DNA of 64,000 bases from Callorhinchus milii (GCF_018977255.1 NW_024704742.1:81222001-81286000), one strand, 5' to 3'; positions 39,785-52,755 are shown, numbered from the stretch's first letter. Notes: generated by a model not told the origin, from the letters alone. Numbers and translations: made by a program.

Positions 39785-40110
39785 TAATAATAATAATAAT
39801 AATAATAATCCTTGCATTTGATATAGCGCTTTTCACGTCAGGAGGACGTCCCAAAGCGCTTCACAGAATAGACTGTAAAGTGAATTGACTGTATATTTGT
39901 GGGCGAACGCGGCAGCCAATTGCGCACAGCAATGTCCCACAAACAGTCGTAGATTGAAAATGACCAATTTATTATTGTTTTGTTTTGGAGGGATTATTAT
40001 TAGGCGTGTGGAGTAAGGAAACTTGCCCAAGGTTTCGCCCTCTGCCTGGAATTGAACTCAGATCTCTCGCTTGCAAAGCGAGAGCTCTAACCACTGAGCT
40101 ACAGGACTCC
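39785..40110 (-). mobile_element. Young tRNA-derived SINE, full length
   Basis: (taa)n tail through to gagctacaggactcc head. Confidence 0.92.
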
Positions 40111-41943
40111 ACGAAAGGTAATATGTTGGGGTAAACATCAAGATGGCACTGATGTAATTTCCTGCACATTGTGCATAAGCACAAAAAGCTGCCATAACAC
40201 TCGTGGTTGTTGGGACACAGCAAGATGTCAGGAATCCTTCGGCACCTGAACCCCTTGCTAAAGAAGCAGGCTGGTCAGCTGAAAGTGCAGCACAGTTCTT
40301 GTATCCAGTGCAACCACACTACAAGTGGAACTTCGCTATATCGAGACGCAGTACAACGGTGTTGCCTTTTGGCCATGAGATGCCACAGCTCGTGTTAACC
40401 TACCAGAAGCTCGTAACATGGAATTTACACAGAATGAGAGCCCCCAGGCTCATTTGTGCCTTTGAGGGAAGATCTAACAGCAAAAGGTACCATGTATAAT
40501 GAAAAGATTTCTTGGCTTGAGGTTGCCATCTGTACTAATTGAGGAATGGCATCAGGCAGTGACTAGTCATGTTCCCGCTGTGTGATATGAAATTAACAAG
40601 GTTAATGACTTGGCTGAACCAACTCAGGGTAATGCAGTTTCCTCACACAGACTTGCTCAGTGAGTGCTCCAGATTTATCTTGAAGGAGTCCTCAGTGCTC
40701 TCTGTCGGAGTTAACACTTTGCAAGATATTCGGTTTTGTTTTACAACTAGCAAATTTGTTAATTACAAGCAAAATGAAAAATTTACTTTGATGTGAACTT
40801 TGAGAACTTTATTGTCCTGCTTGTTGGCACATATATTATTATTATTATTATTATGTAGTAATAATACTACATAATAATAATATTAATATTAATAATATTA
40901 ATAATATTAAACTTCCCCTTTAAGAAGCTTGCTACCCTCTGGCATGTTTCCTGAATAAGTGGCTAAGTACTGAGACTTTATGCCTTGGATGACACTCGAC
41001 TGGCAAATGGGTCAATCCAAAGCCCACAGAGTATCTCCCTGACACAGGTAAATTAGGATTTTGTAACAGTTTATAATAATAATAGGCATTGCATTTCATA
41101 CAGCGCCCTTAATATATCATTGAAAAGTCTCAAAGTGCTTCATAGGATTTTACTGTAAAGTGTAGGGATTGCATATTTGCAGGTAAACAATGGCAGTCAG
41201 TTTGCACACAACTTCATTACATAACGCAATGTTACAGGAGACCCAAAATGGTGGGTCTCCATGGAGACACAAAGATAAAAATTGGTCACCTATTTCATGG
41301 CTGTTTGTGGGACAGTGCTGTGTGCAGATTGCCTGCCTACAAAATACAAAATCACTGCATTAATGTTCATACAACAGGAATCAACCGCCTCCCCTATTGG
41401 CAGTTTGTTTTTTATTCCCTTCTCTTGACAAGGTCAGTTTCTCGTAGAATGCAGTAGTCCCTGCAGATCTGGGTGCGTCGAAAACAGGAATGTTCTCCTT
41501 GATCAAATGTCAGGCGCACTGTAAGGTTGCAGTTTCACTGCAAATAAGTCAAAAGTGTGCGTGTTTATAAACAAGCAGCCTAACCTCTGCACTCAGCCAA
41601 TGACTTTGACAAAAGCATGTGACTAGACTGAAGCCGCCACTTTGTCGCAGTTTAAAGTGCAAGTTGGCGTGTGGGGTTACCTGGAACCTGAGCTCACCGT
41701 ACGAACTGGCCGAGGTACCAGGAGCTGCAAGCAATCGTTCCCCTTTACCACTGCGTTCCCTGGAGTGAACCCTTTCAGAATTCATACCCGAAAGCAGACA
41801 AACAAGTTTATTTGGAGCTCGATTTGTTTTTGAAAGAGAATTGGCATCAGGGAAAGAAAGCAGTGCTTGCAGTACCTGTGCACCTGACAGGACATTGTCC
41901 TTCAGTTGAATCAAGCTCTTCCGAAGGAACTACTGTAGCAATC

Positions 41944-41979
41944 ATGATTTCTTGGCTGACTGTGTGCTCATTGTTCTTG
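41944..41979 (+). CDS. Candidate short first coding exon (MISWLTVCSLFL), host gene unknown
   Basis: aatcATG (A at -3), 12 mostly hydrophobic codons, TTG|GTATGT donor, upstream unique sequence with TATAAA at 41566-41571; no homology recognised. Confidence 0.2.
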
Positions 41980-43109
41980 GTATGTATGTTGTAATTTTAG
42001 TAGAGACACTATACAAGTTAATAATGAATAATAATCTCTGCATTTCGTACAGTGCCTTATCATGTCAGTGAAATGTCTCAAAGTACTTCATGGGACTTAC
42101 TGTAGTGACCGTGTATTTTGTTGGGAAAGTTGTATCCGATGACCTGTAGCAATGGAAATGTGTGTGCAAAACTCTTTTTGGAGGTGGGGGGNCGTGGTGG
42201 GGGAGGGCACCGACCATGAGTTTGGTGAGCGGCAAGATGGGGACTGTGGGTGCTACGGGGTGAGGCTGCTCAGAGGACTGGCTGTGATCCTCCTCAGGGC
42301 TCAGAACTTTCCCCTCCCAGCTCCTCTTAAAGAGGGAAGCTGTAGATTGATTTGGGTGGGGGGAGAATCTGAGCCCCTTCTAGCGCTAGCCACCTGCCCC
42401 CAAGCCTCCTCTGTTGAAACTTCCCCGACCATCAAGAGCTTTAGGAGGAGCGATGTTGTCCAGTAAAAAGAACCCACTTCTGATCAGAACACATCTCTGG
42501 CTGCAGCCCAAACTGTTTCGAGTGCATGAGTTGAGTATGTGTGCTGCAGGAGGTGTCTCATGTTCTACTGACTTATTTATGGTGGGTCCATTTCCAATAC
42601 AGAAAAGAAACCTTTCCCCTTTGGAGCAGTTCAGCTTCGTTGTCTTGCTGGTCTAACCAGGAATATGCTTACAAGTTTAGAAATCCTCCCATCCCTGTCA
42701 GAAATGTAAACTTACAATAAAGTATCAGTCTTGCCTCATCAGCAGTTTTGTAATGAACAAGTCAGCAAGGTTGTCATTCACACTGGTCAGTTGGCTGTGA
42801 TCATTCTTGTGTGTTATGAAGTGGAAAAGGTGACGTTACACAACGTTATTTTCTCTGATCAGTTTCCAACATTTTTAAATTTTATCTCAATCAGGCCACA
42901 TGAAGGGACAATAATCAGTCAACTGGTTAAATAAATAATTAATTTCAACCCATATAATTTGTATTATCATAGCCCCACTAGCACAGTGATGTTCCAAAAT
43001 GAAGTGCAATCTGTTTTATTGGCAACCAGCATTTCTGGTATCCCTAGATAGTAACAAAAGCAAGGATTATTATTATTAAGCTCCTTTGATTCATTTGGCA
43101 TATTTACTT

Positions 43110-43660
43110 GAGAATCGTTTAACTCTCTGTTGACCAACTCTTCCTTCCACAAAATACAGATTATTCAGAACTCTGCAGCTCATGCCCTCTCCTGAATAAA
43201 GCTGCGTAACCAATCACCCCCATCCTTGCCCAGAGGATCCAGATTAAAATCCTCCTCCTCACTTTGAAATACCTTTACGGTGGTGCTCCTTACTATTTCT
43301 GCAACCTATCAACACCAGACCAACCTGCCCGCTCCCTCTACTCGGTGGGCACTGGCTTGCTCCATGTCCCCCACCTTGACTGCCCCACCATTGGCGAACC
43401 TTCAGCTTTTCTGCCTCCACCCTCTGGAATTCCATTCCGGAATCATGTTGCCTCGCCCCCTCCCTTGCCTCCTTCAAGGCCTGTCTCAAGACCTTCCTCT
43501 TTAACCGTGCCTTCAGCCACCCTCCCATCCCCTTGCCCTCCACCCCTCTTGATTCCAACCCCCTGCCCGGGTGCAAACCCTTGACTGCCGAGCGTGTGGG
43601 AAGTACTTCAGAAGTGAAAAGGTGCTGTACAAATGTAATTTGTTGCTTTTGTTGTTGCTG
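43110..43660 (+). mobile_element. L2 LINE 3' fragment
   Basis: attcagaactctgcagct...cagaggatccagattaaaatcc... and tail. Confidence 0.8.
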
Positions 43661-43689
43661 CTGGGTTGAGTCCATCAATTTGGACAGTG

Positions 43690-43930
43690 TCTGGCTATGT
43701 TAATACTTCCGTCAATATTCTGGGGACACAAGCTTTGTCTGTTACAACTTGGACCTAATACTCTCCAGAAATAGGTAAACAGTGTGCATCCCTCTGGGGA
43801 GAGACTGCGTGTTCCATTCCAGACACAGGGAAATTTCCATGTATAGGTGGTATACATACGTGGAACTCTAAGGCTAGTTTAGATATCTTAAACATTGCAA
43901 TGTGTTTCCACATGCATCAGACATCCAATT
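43690..43930 (+). repeat. Family A ancient repeat copy
   Basis: aaataggtaaacagtgtgcatccc...atttccatgtataggtgg...tttccacatgcatcaga. Confidence 0.65.
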
Positions 43931-44314
43931 GACCAAACAAAATATATGCTGCATCAATTCTTTGAAAAATTGCTAAACCTGAATGATTGTTTAATCTTAA
44001 AATGCAAGTTTGCACAGAATCATGGAAAATTCTTATATGCCATCTTGATTTGGAAACTGTTTTCCATAGTTGTTAAAACGAAACCAGCTTCCAAATGAAG
44101 ACTGAATTTTTTTTAAAAATCATAATTTCATGCAATCTTAAATTTTAAGACAAGATTGTCTTGCAAGCTAAGATGAGAGGAATAGAGGAATTTCGGACCT
44201 TGTGTTTATTAATCTAATTTTTCAAGTTCATGTGCTATGTAGAAAGTGAGTATATGGAAATGATTACACAGTGAATAAGGCAGAGAATAGACAAGGACAA
44301 TTCAAGGTAGGTTA

Positions 44315-44775
44315 TAATAATGATAACCCTAGTACTTTGATATAGCACCTTTCGTGTTGGGAGGATGGCTCAAATTGCTTCACAAGACTTAATGAAAAGT
44401 GTGGTGTGTAGTTGTAGCTGAATACAGCAGTCAGTGTTTCCACAGCAATATCCCACAAACAATTGTGAGCTATGTGAATAACTAAGTTTATTTGAGTGAT
44501 TGTTGGCCAGGACACTGGGAGAAACTTATTTCCCTTTTTGAACAGTGCCATGGGATCTTCGACGTCTACCTGAACAGGGACCTTGGTTTAATGTCTCATC
44601 CAAAACACGGCACCTCCAATAATGCAGAACCCCCCCCCCCCCACCCCCACAGCACTGCACTGAAGTGTCTGTCTAGAGATCTAGACTATCATTTCAAAGT
44701 CCTGACACTAGGATTTAAATTCACAAACCTTCTGACTGAAGTGAGAGTGGTACAACTGAGCCGGGCTGACACCAT
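44315..44775 (-). mobile_element. Older Deu-domain SINE (SacSINE1-like), near full length
   Basis: aacagtgccatgggatctt.gacgtctacctgaacagg...ggtttaatgtctcatcc.aaa..cggcacctcc; tRNA-like head near 44700-44770. Confidence 0.75.
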
Positions 44776-45459
44776 CTCAGTGAGGAACTCAGAGGAAGAA
44801 TACTGTCAATCAGTTTTTAATGTAGCTTACAAATCACTCAACTAACACTTAATACATTAGGGCCTGGATTTACCTCAGCTCTGGCTGTATTGCCTCCTCC
44901 TTTTGGATTGTCATGTAAATATGTGTGCCTTCTGATTAATGACGGTAGTTGTATCTCATTTTTCAAGGCCAAGGACCTTTGCACAAAATCGATGTTTGAA
45001 ATTCACAATCAATTCAATTAGTGTCATTGTTGATTAAATATCTAAGACAACAGTTAACACTGGACTCTTCCCATTGCATTGTGAATGAGTTACAAAATCA
45101 GTGAATTAATTTAGTCACCTCTTCAGGTGGTCTTTCTAATGGTTATTTACCTCAGGACGCACTGAGCAATCCATGTACCGATTCCAGTGAATAGTGCTGA
45201 TGTATGCCACGGGTGACTGGTCAAAGCTCCTGTGCAACATTGTTTTACCTTCTCTGTCACCTTTTCCATTCCACTGTTCGGTGTATCCACAAAACTGTAT
45301 GAAAAGAACTAAGGCTATTTTTTTCACAAGGAAGTAGAAGAGTGTTGCTGATCTTCATAAACTTCTCGCTCTTATTGGGCTGTGGTTTAACCTAAGTGAG
45401 ATGTTGGCCAATGTTGATATTTCTCCCAACTGGTGAGTTCCAGTCCCAGCTACAGGACT

Positions 45460-45775
45460 GTGAGGTTTGGGAACAGGAATTAATTCTTGTTCAGCTCCTG
45501 CTAGCCCTGCAAGCCAAAACCTTAATGGGTGAGTGGGAAGCTTGCCAGACAGTTTTCACAACGGCAAGCTATGCAGTTTCAGCTGATTAAACTCAAGCTG
45601 TACCCTAAACACATACTCTTGGTTCCCCAGGGCTTTACTCTCATCAAATTAATACTCTTTGAAATTAGGTAAGCAAGATGTGTCCGTCTGGGAAAAAGTG
45701 CATATTCCAATTTGCATGAATAGTGGCATATATATATTGATTGGTTTTGACGTGTGTCAGACACCTGGCTGACTG
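45460..45775 (+). repeat. Family A ancient repeat copy
   Basis: caagctatgcagtttcagctgattaaactc...aaattaggtaagca...gtgtcagacacctggctg. Confidence 0.6.
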
Positions 45776-46229
45776 AAACAGAATTGTGTGTGTGATTTGT
45801 GTAGTGATTATTTAAAAATTGTTGATGGGGTATTAAAAAATATTATAAGTACTATTATTGCCCCTCGTAAAGGGTACTAGAGAAATGTGAGATGTTGTAA
45901 AAATATTAAAAAAGGACAGTACCAGGGAGTCTAGCAGACTGGTAGATGAGGGGCAAAGAAAGGAGTGTGAAGTGTGACTCTCAGAGGAAAGGAGACAAGG
46001 ACATTTTAAGCTATTAATTAGTTTTCCACCTTGCCACATAGCTATAGCTCCCTCTCCAAATATACATACAAATGTGATTATAAGCGTTCTGTTTAGGAGA
46101 TGTTCTTGCAGAAGCTTTTTATTTGGGGAAAGTATTTAATATCAAATTCCGTCATCAAATTGCCCAAAACAGATTTTTTTTTAAAAAGTAAGACCAAAAC
46201 GATTTTTTACCCTTTTCCTATGTCTTATA

Positions 46230-46605
46230 TAGGCCTCCAAAATACACAGTCACTACACTTTACTGTAAATCCTGTGAAGGGCTTTGAGATGTTGATGTGA
46301 TAAGGCAGTTTCTCCACAAATGGCCATGAAGTGAATGACTTAATTCTACTGGGGACCTGTGGCCAAGACCCTGAGAGAAACTCCCTTCTCTTTTTAAGTA
46401 ATTTCATGAGATCTTTAACATCCACCTCGACAGGCAGACATGATCACGGTTTCATGTCTCAATCAAAGTACAGCACCTCCAGCAATGCAGCAGAACCCTA
46501 CCACTCACTGCACTGCAATGACAGCCTAGACTGTGAAGCTCAAAGACCTGATGCAAGCCTTGAACCCACAACCTCTGAGTCGAAGGCAACTAAGCCAGAC
46601 TGAGA
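46230..46605 (-). mobile_element. Older Deu-domain SINE
   Basis: gagaaactcccttctc...agatctttaacatccacct...cagcacctcc...ttgaacccacaacctctga. Confidence 0.65.
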
Positions 46606-47365
46606 CCCCTCAGAGCCAGTAATTGCACATGTGCCTACATGTCTAATCCTTTACATGTGAGACCAGTTATACTCATCAAAATTATGATGATGAGTTCATG
46701 TCTGAAGTTCCGTGCCTCAGTGTCGGCTTTTATATCACTGTGTTGCAGACGAGGTTAACTAAGTTGTACGAATCTGAGAATGGACAGGCTGTCCTGGTGG
46801 TGGAGGAACGACCAACTGTTCTGTCTCATATTACAGATGAACACAACAACAGTACAAGTGCACCCTCTACTATGCAAATGCGATACATCCCTTGAATATC
46901 ATATATGTATCATGTTTTTGTTGTGTGCATTATGTGCCTTTGATGAGTGTACCATGGAAGCCATTTTTGCCTCTCTTTTCCTATTACAACTTGACCTATG
47001 ACATATCAAAAAGTAGAAAGTGAGAAGGATTCAGAGAGAGAAAGGTACAATGAAAAAGAAACAAACACGCAGTAGACCTTTGACCTCAGCTTGGCTTAGT
47101 TTGTAGTTCACTTGCCTCTGGTTCAAAAGGTTATAGGTCAAACATCTGGCCAGGTTGGGGGTGGGAGTGGGCACAAAGAGGGAGGGCTTAGATTGATGGG
47201 TGGGCTGAAGGAGAGATGGGGTGAAGAAGATTAAGGGGGCGAGTGGATGGCCTCTGTTTTGGACACATGAGCTCCTCACATATTAAACAACCTCACGAAA
47301 CAGCTGAATGGATTCCCAGTGGGCAGATGTAAGACTATAAAAAGCCTGAACTCGCTCAGTGCTGG

Positions 47366-47384
47366 TGATTTATGGGCACTGTCA
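47366..47384 (+). promoter_or_regulatory. Pbx-Hox site adjacent to a Meis/Prep site
   Basis: TGATTTATGG (47366-47375) followed 3 bp later by CTGTCA (47379-47384). Confidence 0.25.
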
Positions 47385-47724
47385 TTTTATATACAAAATC
47401 CCATTTACAATGCATAAAGTGGGTCACCAGAAGTGCGAGACTAGTTTAGTCTCAGACAGGGCATCTTCAGTTAGAGAATGTTTCGGACATTAACCTTTTC
47501 ACTTTGGAGGATGAAACTTGCTCTATAACTCACTCTCTAAATTGTCTCCTTTACTCGGAGTACACCACTCCATCTTCCTTTACTCCCAACTCCCACTCCC
47601 TTACCCCTGACTCACCCTCCTTTCCTCACGGACCTAAACCCTTACTTCCCAGCCCTGCCTTCCTAACTCCTCTACCTTCCTCCTTTACCATCACCTTATT
47701 CCCTGAAACCCCCCTTTACTTTGC

Positions 47725-48043
47725 GGAGTCCTGTAGCTCAGTGGTTAGAGCACTCGCCTTGCAAGCAAGACATCTGGGTTTAATTCCAGGCTGGGTGAAA
47801 CCTTGGGCAAGTTTCCTTACTCCACACGCCTAATAATAATCCCTCCAAAAACAAAAAACAGTAATAAATTGGTCATTTTCAATCCATGACTGTTTGTGGG
47901 ACACTGCTGTAAGCTATTGTCTGCCATGTTTCGCCCACAAATATATGGTCAATTCACTTTACAGCATGTTCTGTGAAGCACTTTGAAACATCTAAAAGAC
48001 GTGAAAAGCGCTATATCAAATGCAAGGATTATTATTATTATTA
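47725..48043 (+). mobile_element. Young tRNA-derived SINE, full length
   Basis: Head, body and (tta)n tail. Confidence 0.92.
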
Positions 48044-48136
48044 CGACTTCAAATCCTCCTTCCCTTCTCTCACTCCTGATTCCCTCCACTCACCCCCACA
48101 TGCATTCCTGCTAGTGTGTGGACCTATGTAAAGTGT

Positions 48137-48448
48137 GGAGTCCTGTAGCTCAGTGGTTGGAGCACTCGCTTTGCAAGTGAGTGACCTGAGTTCAATTCCA
48201 GGCAGAGCGAAACCTTGGGCAAGTTTCCTTACTCCACACAGAGCCTAATAATAATCCCTCCAAAACCAATAATAAATTGGTCATTTTCAATCTACGACTG
48301 TTTGTGGGACATTGCTGTGTGCAATTGGCTGCCGCGTTCGCCCACAAAGGTACAGTCAATTCCCTTTACAGTGTGTTCTGTGAAGCGCTTTGGGACGTCC
48401 TCCCGACATGAAAAGCGCTATATCAAATGCAAGGATTATTATTATTAT
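48137..48448 (+). mobile_element. Young tRNA-derived SINE, full length, L2-type loop
   Basis: Head and body; tail gggacgtcctcccgacatgaaaagcgct. Confidence 0.92.
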
Positions 48449-48957
48449 CATGTTGAGGAACAGGAATTAGCTGGGCTGTAATAATCCCTCATCCTTGCTG
48501 GTGATACACTCTGTCCAAACTCACATTTGAAAAATGGTGACAAGGCAAGGTGATAAAGGGGATCCAACCTCACCACAAGTATCCACCAGCGAGAAAGGAA
48601 TACAATGTAGACTAAAAACAAGCCTTGAACCCAGCCACTCTGCAACAGTATTTGTAGTTGTTTGTCTGTGTGTTGTGTCTATCTGTGTTTGTTTCTGGCT
48701 TTCTGTGTATGGGTGTGTGTCCCTCTCTCGAACTCTTGTATGTCTTGATCAGATCTCTTGATCCACACCGGGAAAAAATCACTCACCTGTGTGTGCAACT
48801 ATAAATTGATGGGACACCACAGCCAGGCTTCACTTCCGAAGTGAACGTGTGGATAGTCAGCATGGAGTTATGTGGTGTTCTGTTGTAGATTTGGTTTTAG
48901 TCGCAATGGATTCAGAGGGCTTCTTATTGCGGTCTAACTTGAGTCTAATTTGCAGGT

Positions 48958-49283
48958 TATAATAATAATATAACAATAATGCTTGCATTTGATATAGCGC
49001 TTTTCACGTCTTCTCAACGTCTCAAAGCGCTTCACAAGATAGACTGTAAAGTGAATTAACTGTATATTTGTGGGAGAAACGCAGCAGCCAATTGCGCACA
49101 GCAATGTCCCACAAACAGTCGTGGATTGAAAATGACCAATTTATTATTGTTTTAGTTTTTTGGAGGGATAATTATTAGGTGTGTGGAGTAAGGAAACTTG
49201 CCCAAGGTTTCGCTCTGCCTGGAATTGAACCCAGGTGTCTCGCTTGCAAAGCGAGTGCTCTAACTACTGAGCTACAGGACTCC
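48958..49283 (-). mobile_element. Young tRNA-derived SINE, full length
   Basis: Reverse complement of the family; tail loop variant shared with 3343-3660. Confidence 0.92.
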
Positions 49284-51042
49284 CAAGGTTGTGTTAACCC
49301 TGTGCAGAGGATATTCAACCAAGAACCAGGAAAGAGGACACTAGATTTGCTGTATCTTTTTTGTTAGTCAGTTACATTATTTTCCTATGTTGCATTTCCT
49401 CCTTGGTCTATCTGTGTGATATTGCACTCTCATGGTTCACTTCCCACCAACCCCGTTGCTATTACCACATATCCAGCAGTGTTCACGCACAGACAACTTT
49501 GGGATGTCTCCAGGGTTTTACACTCCTTTTTCTCATCTAAATAATAAACTTTTAATTCCAAGTACTGAAACAAAAATATATATTTAGATATACATATTAA
49601 ACTTTAAAAGGGATAACAAAAAGAACTAACCCAACAGAATTTTTTATATGGTGAGCGATTAGACTGCTCACCCCCATTAATCAAATTAGACTGAAATGCA
49701 TTCCACTAGGGAACGAGGTTTGTCCCCGCAGACAAGCCCCAGTCCCCCCCAAACTCTTCTTGGCCCCACATTGTCAAAAGACAATGCAGACCTGAATCAT
49801 GTTTTTGTGACCACAGAGCAAGTCAGGTGATGGGATCACTTCTAGAGCAGGACAAGGGCTGAACCCAGTGACCGAGTGCTCAAATGAACTCTGTGTTCCA
49901 GTATCTCCACCTCTTCTTTGTGAGGACAGATCAAAGATTTTGCCAACAGATGGTGCAAAATTGTACTTTTTATTTGAGGTACAGGACACTAATACAGCAC
50001 AAACATGCAATCGTCCCATCCCCCTCTTTCTGTCTCTCTCTCTGGTTCTCTGGTGATGACTTTTTGTCAGATCTGACTCAGCAGTTAAATGATTTTGGAG
50101 GTCTGCCCACACCTCGACAAAGGCCTTTGAAATTCACATTGGAGCTTCAAAGAACTCTCTCAATTTGAGGTGTTAAAGAATTTTGCCATTCTCCATAAGT
50201 ATCTTAATTCTAAATGTATTAACACCTGAATGTAAACTGTTAGAAGGCAATGGTCCTTCAAACATCTCATATCATGGAGCCAATCCAGTACATTGGTCTG
50301 ACTACGTGGATATTTTTTTCCGCATTTGGCAGCTTTCATTTAAAAAAATTGTCACAGAGATTTGAGAATCAAAATTACTGTATTTCTAAATACTTTCCTT
50401 TCCTTAACCTCACAAGGAACACCTTATCGCCTGGATATGCTCCTTAATGATACCCTCTCCATACTTTGGCAGTTCCACTTCTTTGACAGATACTGGCCTA
50501 AAAATCAATGTAAAAGTAATGCGTTTTATGTTAAAAATCTGATCTGGGATTCAAAATTCAAACCAAAGATGGTGACTGGTGTCAATCTGAGCCTACAGGA
50601 GAAACCATTCTCCTCCCAAGGAGGGGTCGGGGGAGAGAAAGGGAATTCAGTCCTAAATACTAGACATGTTTAAAAGCACATGTTTTTAACCATAATCAGC
50701 GATAATTAAAGACTGGAATATATTTGGCAATATGGCAATTATCTACAAGTACGGGGTTAGCTTCCATATGTATGTTAATGATACCCAAGCCAACTAATCC
50801 ACCAGTTTCAATGTTGTTGTTCTGATTGCCTCTCTGACTGACATCAGGCCACAGATGAGCTATAACGTTCTGCAGCTAAACATCAGTAAAATTAAAGCCA
50901 TATTGCTTGGTTCTCACTATGCCCCTACATGCCCCTTCGGTCTGATTCCATCAACATCCTTGGGTACCCACTTGGGCAAAACCAGGTGATGAGCAATCTC
51001 GGCTGAGTCAGGATAGTATCCTTAGATAAACATGCAAAGGGA

Positions 51043-51231
51043 ATTTTCCCCACTTGCAGTGGCAATAGAGCAGTTTGGTCACCCTTCTGCCCCTACCCTC
51101 CCTGCCCTCCACTCTCCTGATCCCAACCCCCTGCTCAGGTCCAAATCCCTGACTTTCCAGCACCTTGGGATATCCTCTTGACGTGAAAGGAGCTACACAA
51201 TGTAATTTGTTGTTGTTGAGGCCTGGTCTGG
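51043..51231 (+). repeat. Local direct duplication copy 1 (L2 tail plus flanks)
   Basis: Aligns with 53106-53296 including sequence on both sides of the L2 tail. Confidence 0.75.
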
Positions 51232-52149
51232 TCTCGGAGGGGTTGGGTGGGAGAGAGATATCTTACTCCTGTCCGACCTTGGTATTGGCTGTCTTTAGTT
51301 ATCACGAGGGCACATTGACTGCCGTTATCAACAGTGATGATTAACATTAATAAATTGCAAATTTCGCCCCAATGTTAGGTTTCTGATTGCTTTTGGATCT
51401 TAAAAACTGCAATACGATCTTCCCCGAGCCTGCTCTTCTCCAATGTGAGCAATGCTAGCTTCTGTAGCTTCTTCTGTTTTGAGACCCACCCCCTCCCCAC
51501 CTAAACCTTTGCTCTTTTGTGATCCCACGCATCAATGCACACTCTATGTCTTTCGTCTGCTGCTCTCTAGAGAAGTGAGTCGTATTTCAGAAATGGTTCT
51601 AAGCCCAGAAGACACATTATGTCACCAAACAAAAGCTATGCTTCCATTTGGGTGACTGGGTTCAAAAACCACGAGAGGAAACCAATTCACACAACTGAAG
51701 AGAGACGCAGCACCCTTTGTGGGAGCTCAGAACTGGGAGGGGTGAAAGGTTATCGTCCTGCCTCATGTAATTGAGTTTGATTTAAAGCTTATCCCTGGAG
51801 AAAGAAAGCTTCTTACTGCCTGCTTTGTTTAGACTTTCAGAGTGTCGGAACTGAAACCTGAGGCTAGCATATAGTCAGTCTTGCATGCTCCTTGGAACTC
51901 TGTGGTGAATATCGGAATAAAAGCCTCAGGATCCAGTGTTTTCATCAGAGTGTATTGCTTCTGTTGATGTTTCAAAAGATGTTCAGGTACACATCACCGT
52001 GGCAGGTGCTCTGCCATTCAATGGAGAAGGGATTCAGGGTAAGAGCATTAATTCTTTTCTAACTTTCAAGCATATGATACAGTGACTCAGTGTGGCTGAC
52101 ATAGGCACTTTATTACATTTACAATGATTTCCCACTTGATGCTAACAAT

Positions 52150-52755
52150 TGCAACTCCGCCACCACCTCATCCCTCAGGACGTTGAAACTCTTGTTCATG
52201 CCTTCATCACCTCCAGGCTCGACTATGCAAACACTCTGCTTGTCGGCCTTCCCAACTCCTCCCTCCACAGGCTGCAGATAATCCAGAACTCTGCAGCCCG
52301 TGTTCTCTCCCGCACCAAACTCTGTGACCCCATCTCCCCCATTCTCGCCCGACTCCATTGGCTTCCTATCCTTCAGAGGATCCAGTTCAAAATCCTGGTC
52401 CTCACCTACAAAACCCTCAATGGTCTCGCCCCACCCTATCTCTGTGACCTCCTAAACCCCTACCAACCCGCCTGCTCCATGTCCCCCGACCCACCAGCCC
52501 CACAATTGGCAAGAGAGCTCAACCTCTGGAACTCCATCCCTCAATCACTCCGCCTCGCCCCTCCTTAGCCTCCTTCAAGTCCCGCCTCAAAACCCTCCTC
52601 TTCGACTTTGCCATCGGTCAACCTCCTTCCCCTTCCTCCCTCCTCCCCCCCTGACCCCAGCTCGTGTCTGAAATGCTGTACACTGTCCAGCGCCTTGGGA
52701 CGTCCTCCCGATGTAAAAGGCGCTATGCAAATGTAATCTTGTTGTTGTTGTTGTT
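52150..52755 (+). mobile_element. L2 LINE 3' fragment
   Basis: ORF 52149-52568 ETLVHAFITSRLDYANTLL...LHWLPILQRIQFKIL; tail. Confidence 0.92.

Noticed and set aside
40203..40499. Two overlapping ORFs in unique sequence
   Set aside because: No recognisable homology or flanking splice signals.
36760..42192. Single N bases at 36760, 38335 and 42192
   Set aside because: All sit at homopolymer ends; sequencing or assembly ambiguities.
46749..46895. Acceptor-like ttgcag followed by open frame TRLTKLYESENGQAVLVVEER
   Set aside because: No convincing donor before the stop and no recognised homology; cannot be supported as an exon.
47725..47800. tRNA-Ala gene calls at SINE heads
   Set aside because: Each is fused to a SINE body and tail and is multi-copy with mismatches; these are SINE heads, not tRNA genes.
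48781..48789. Perfect minus-strand donor CAG|GTGAGT
   Set aside because: An isolated 9-mer is plausible by chance in 64 kb on two strands; no matching exon found.
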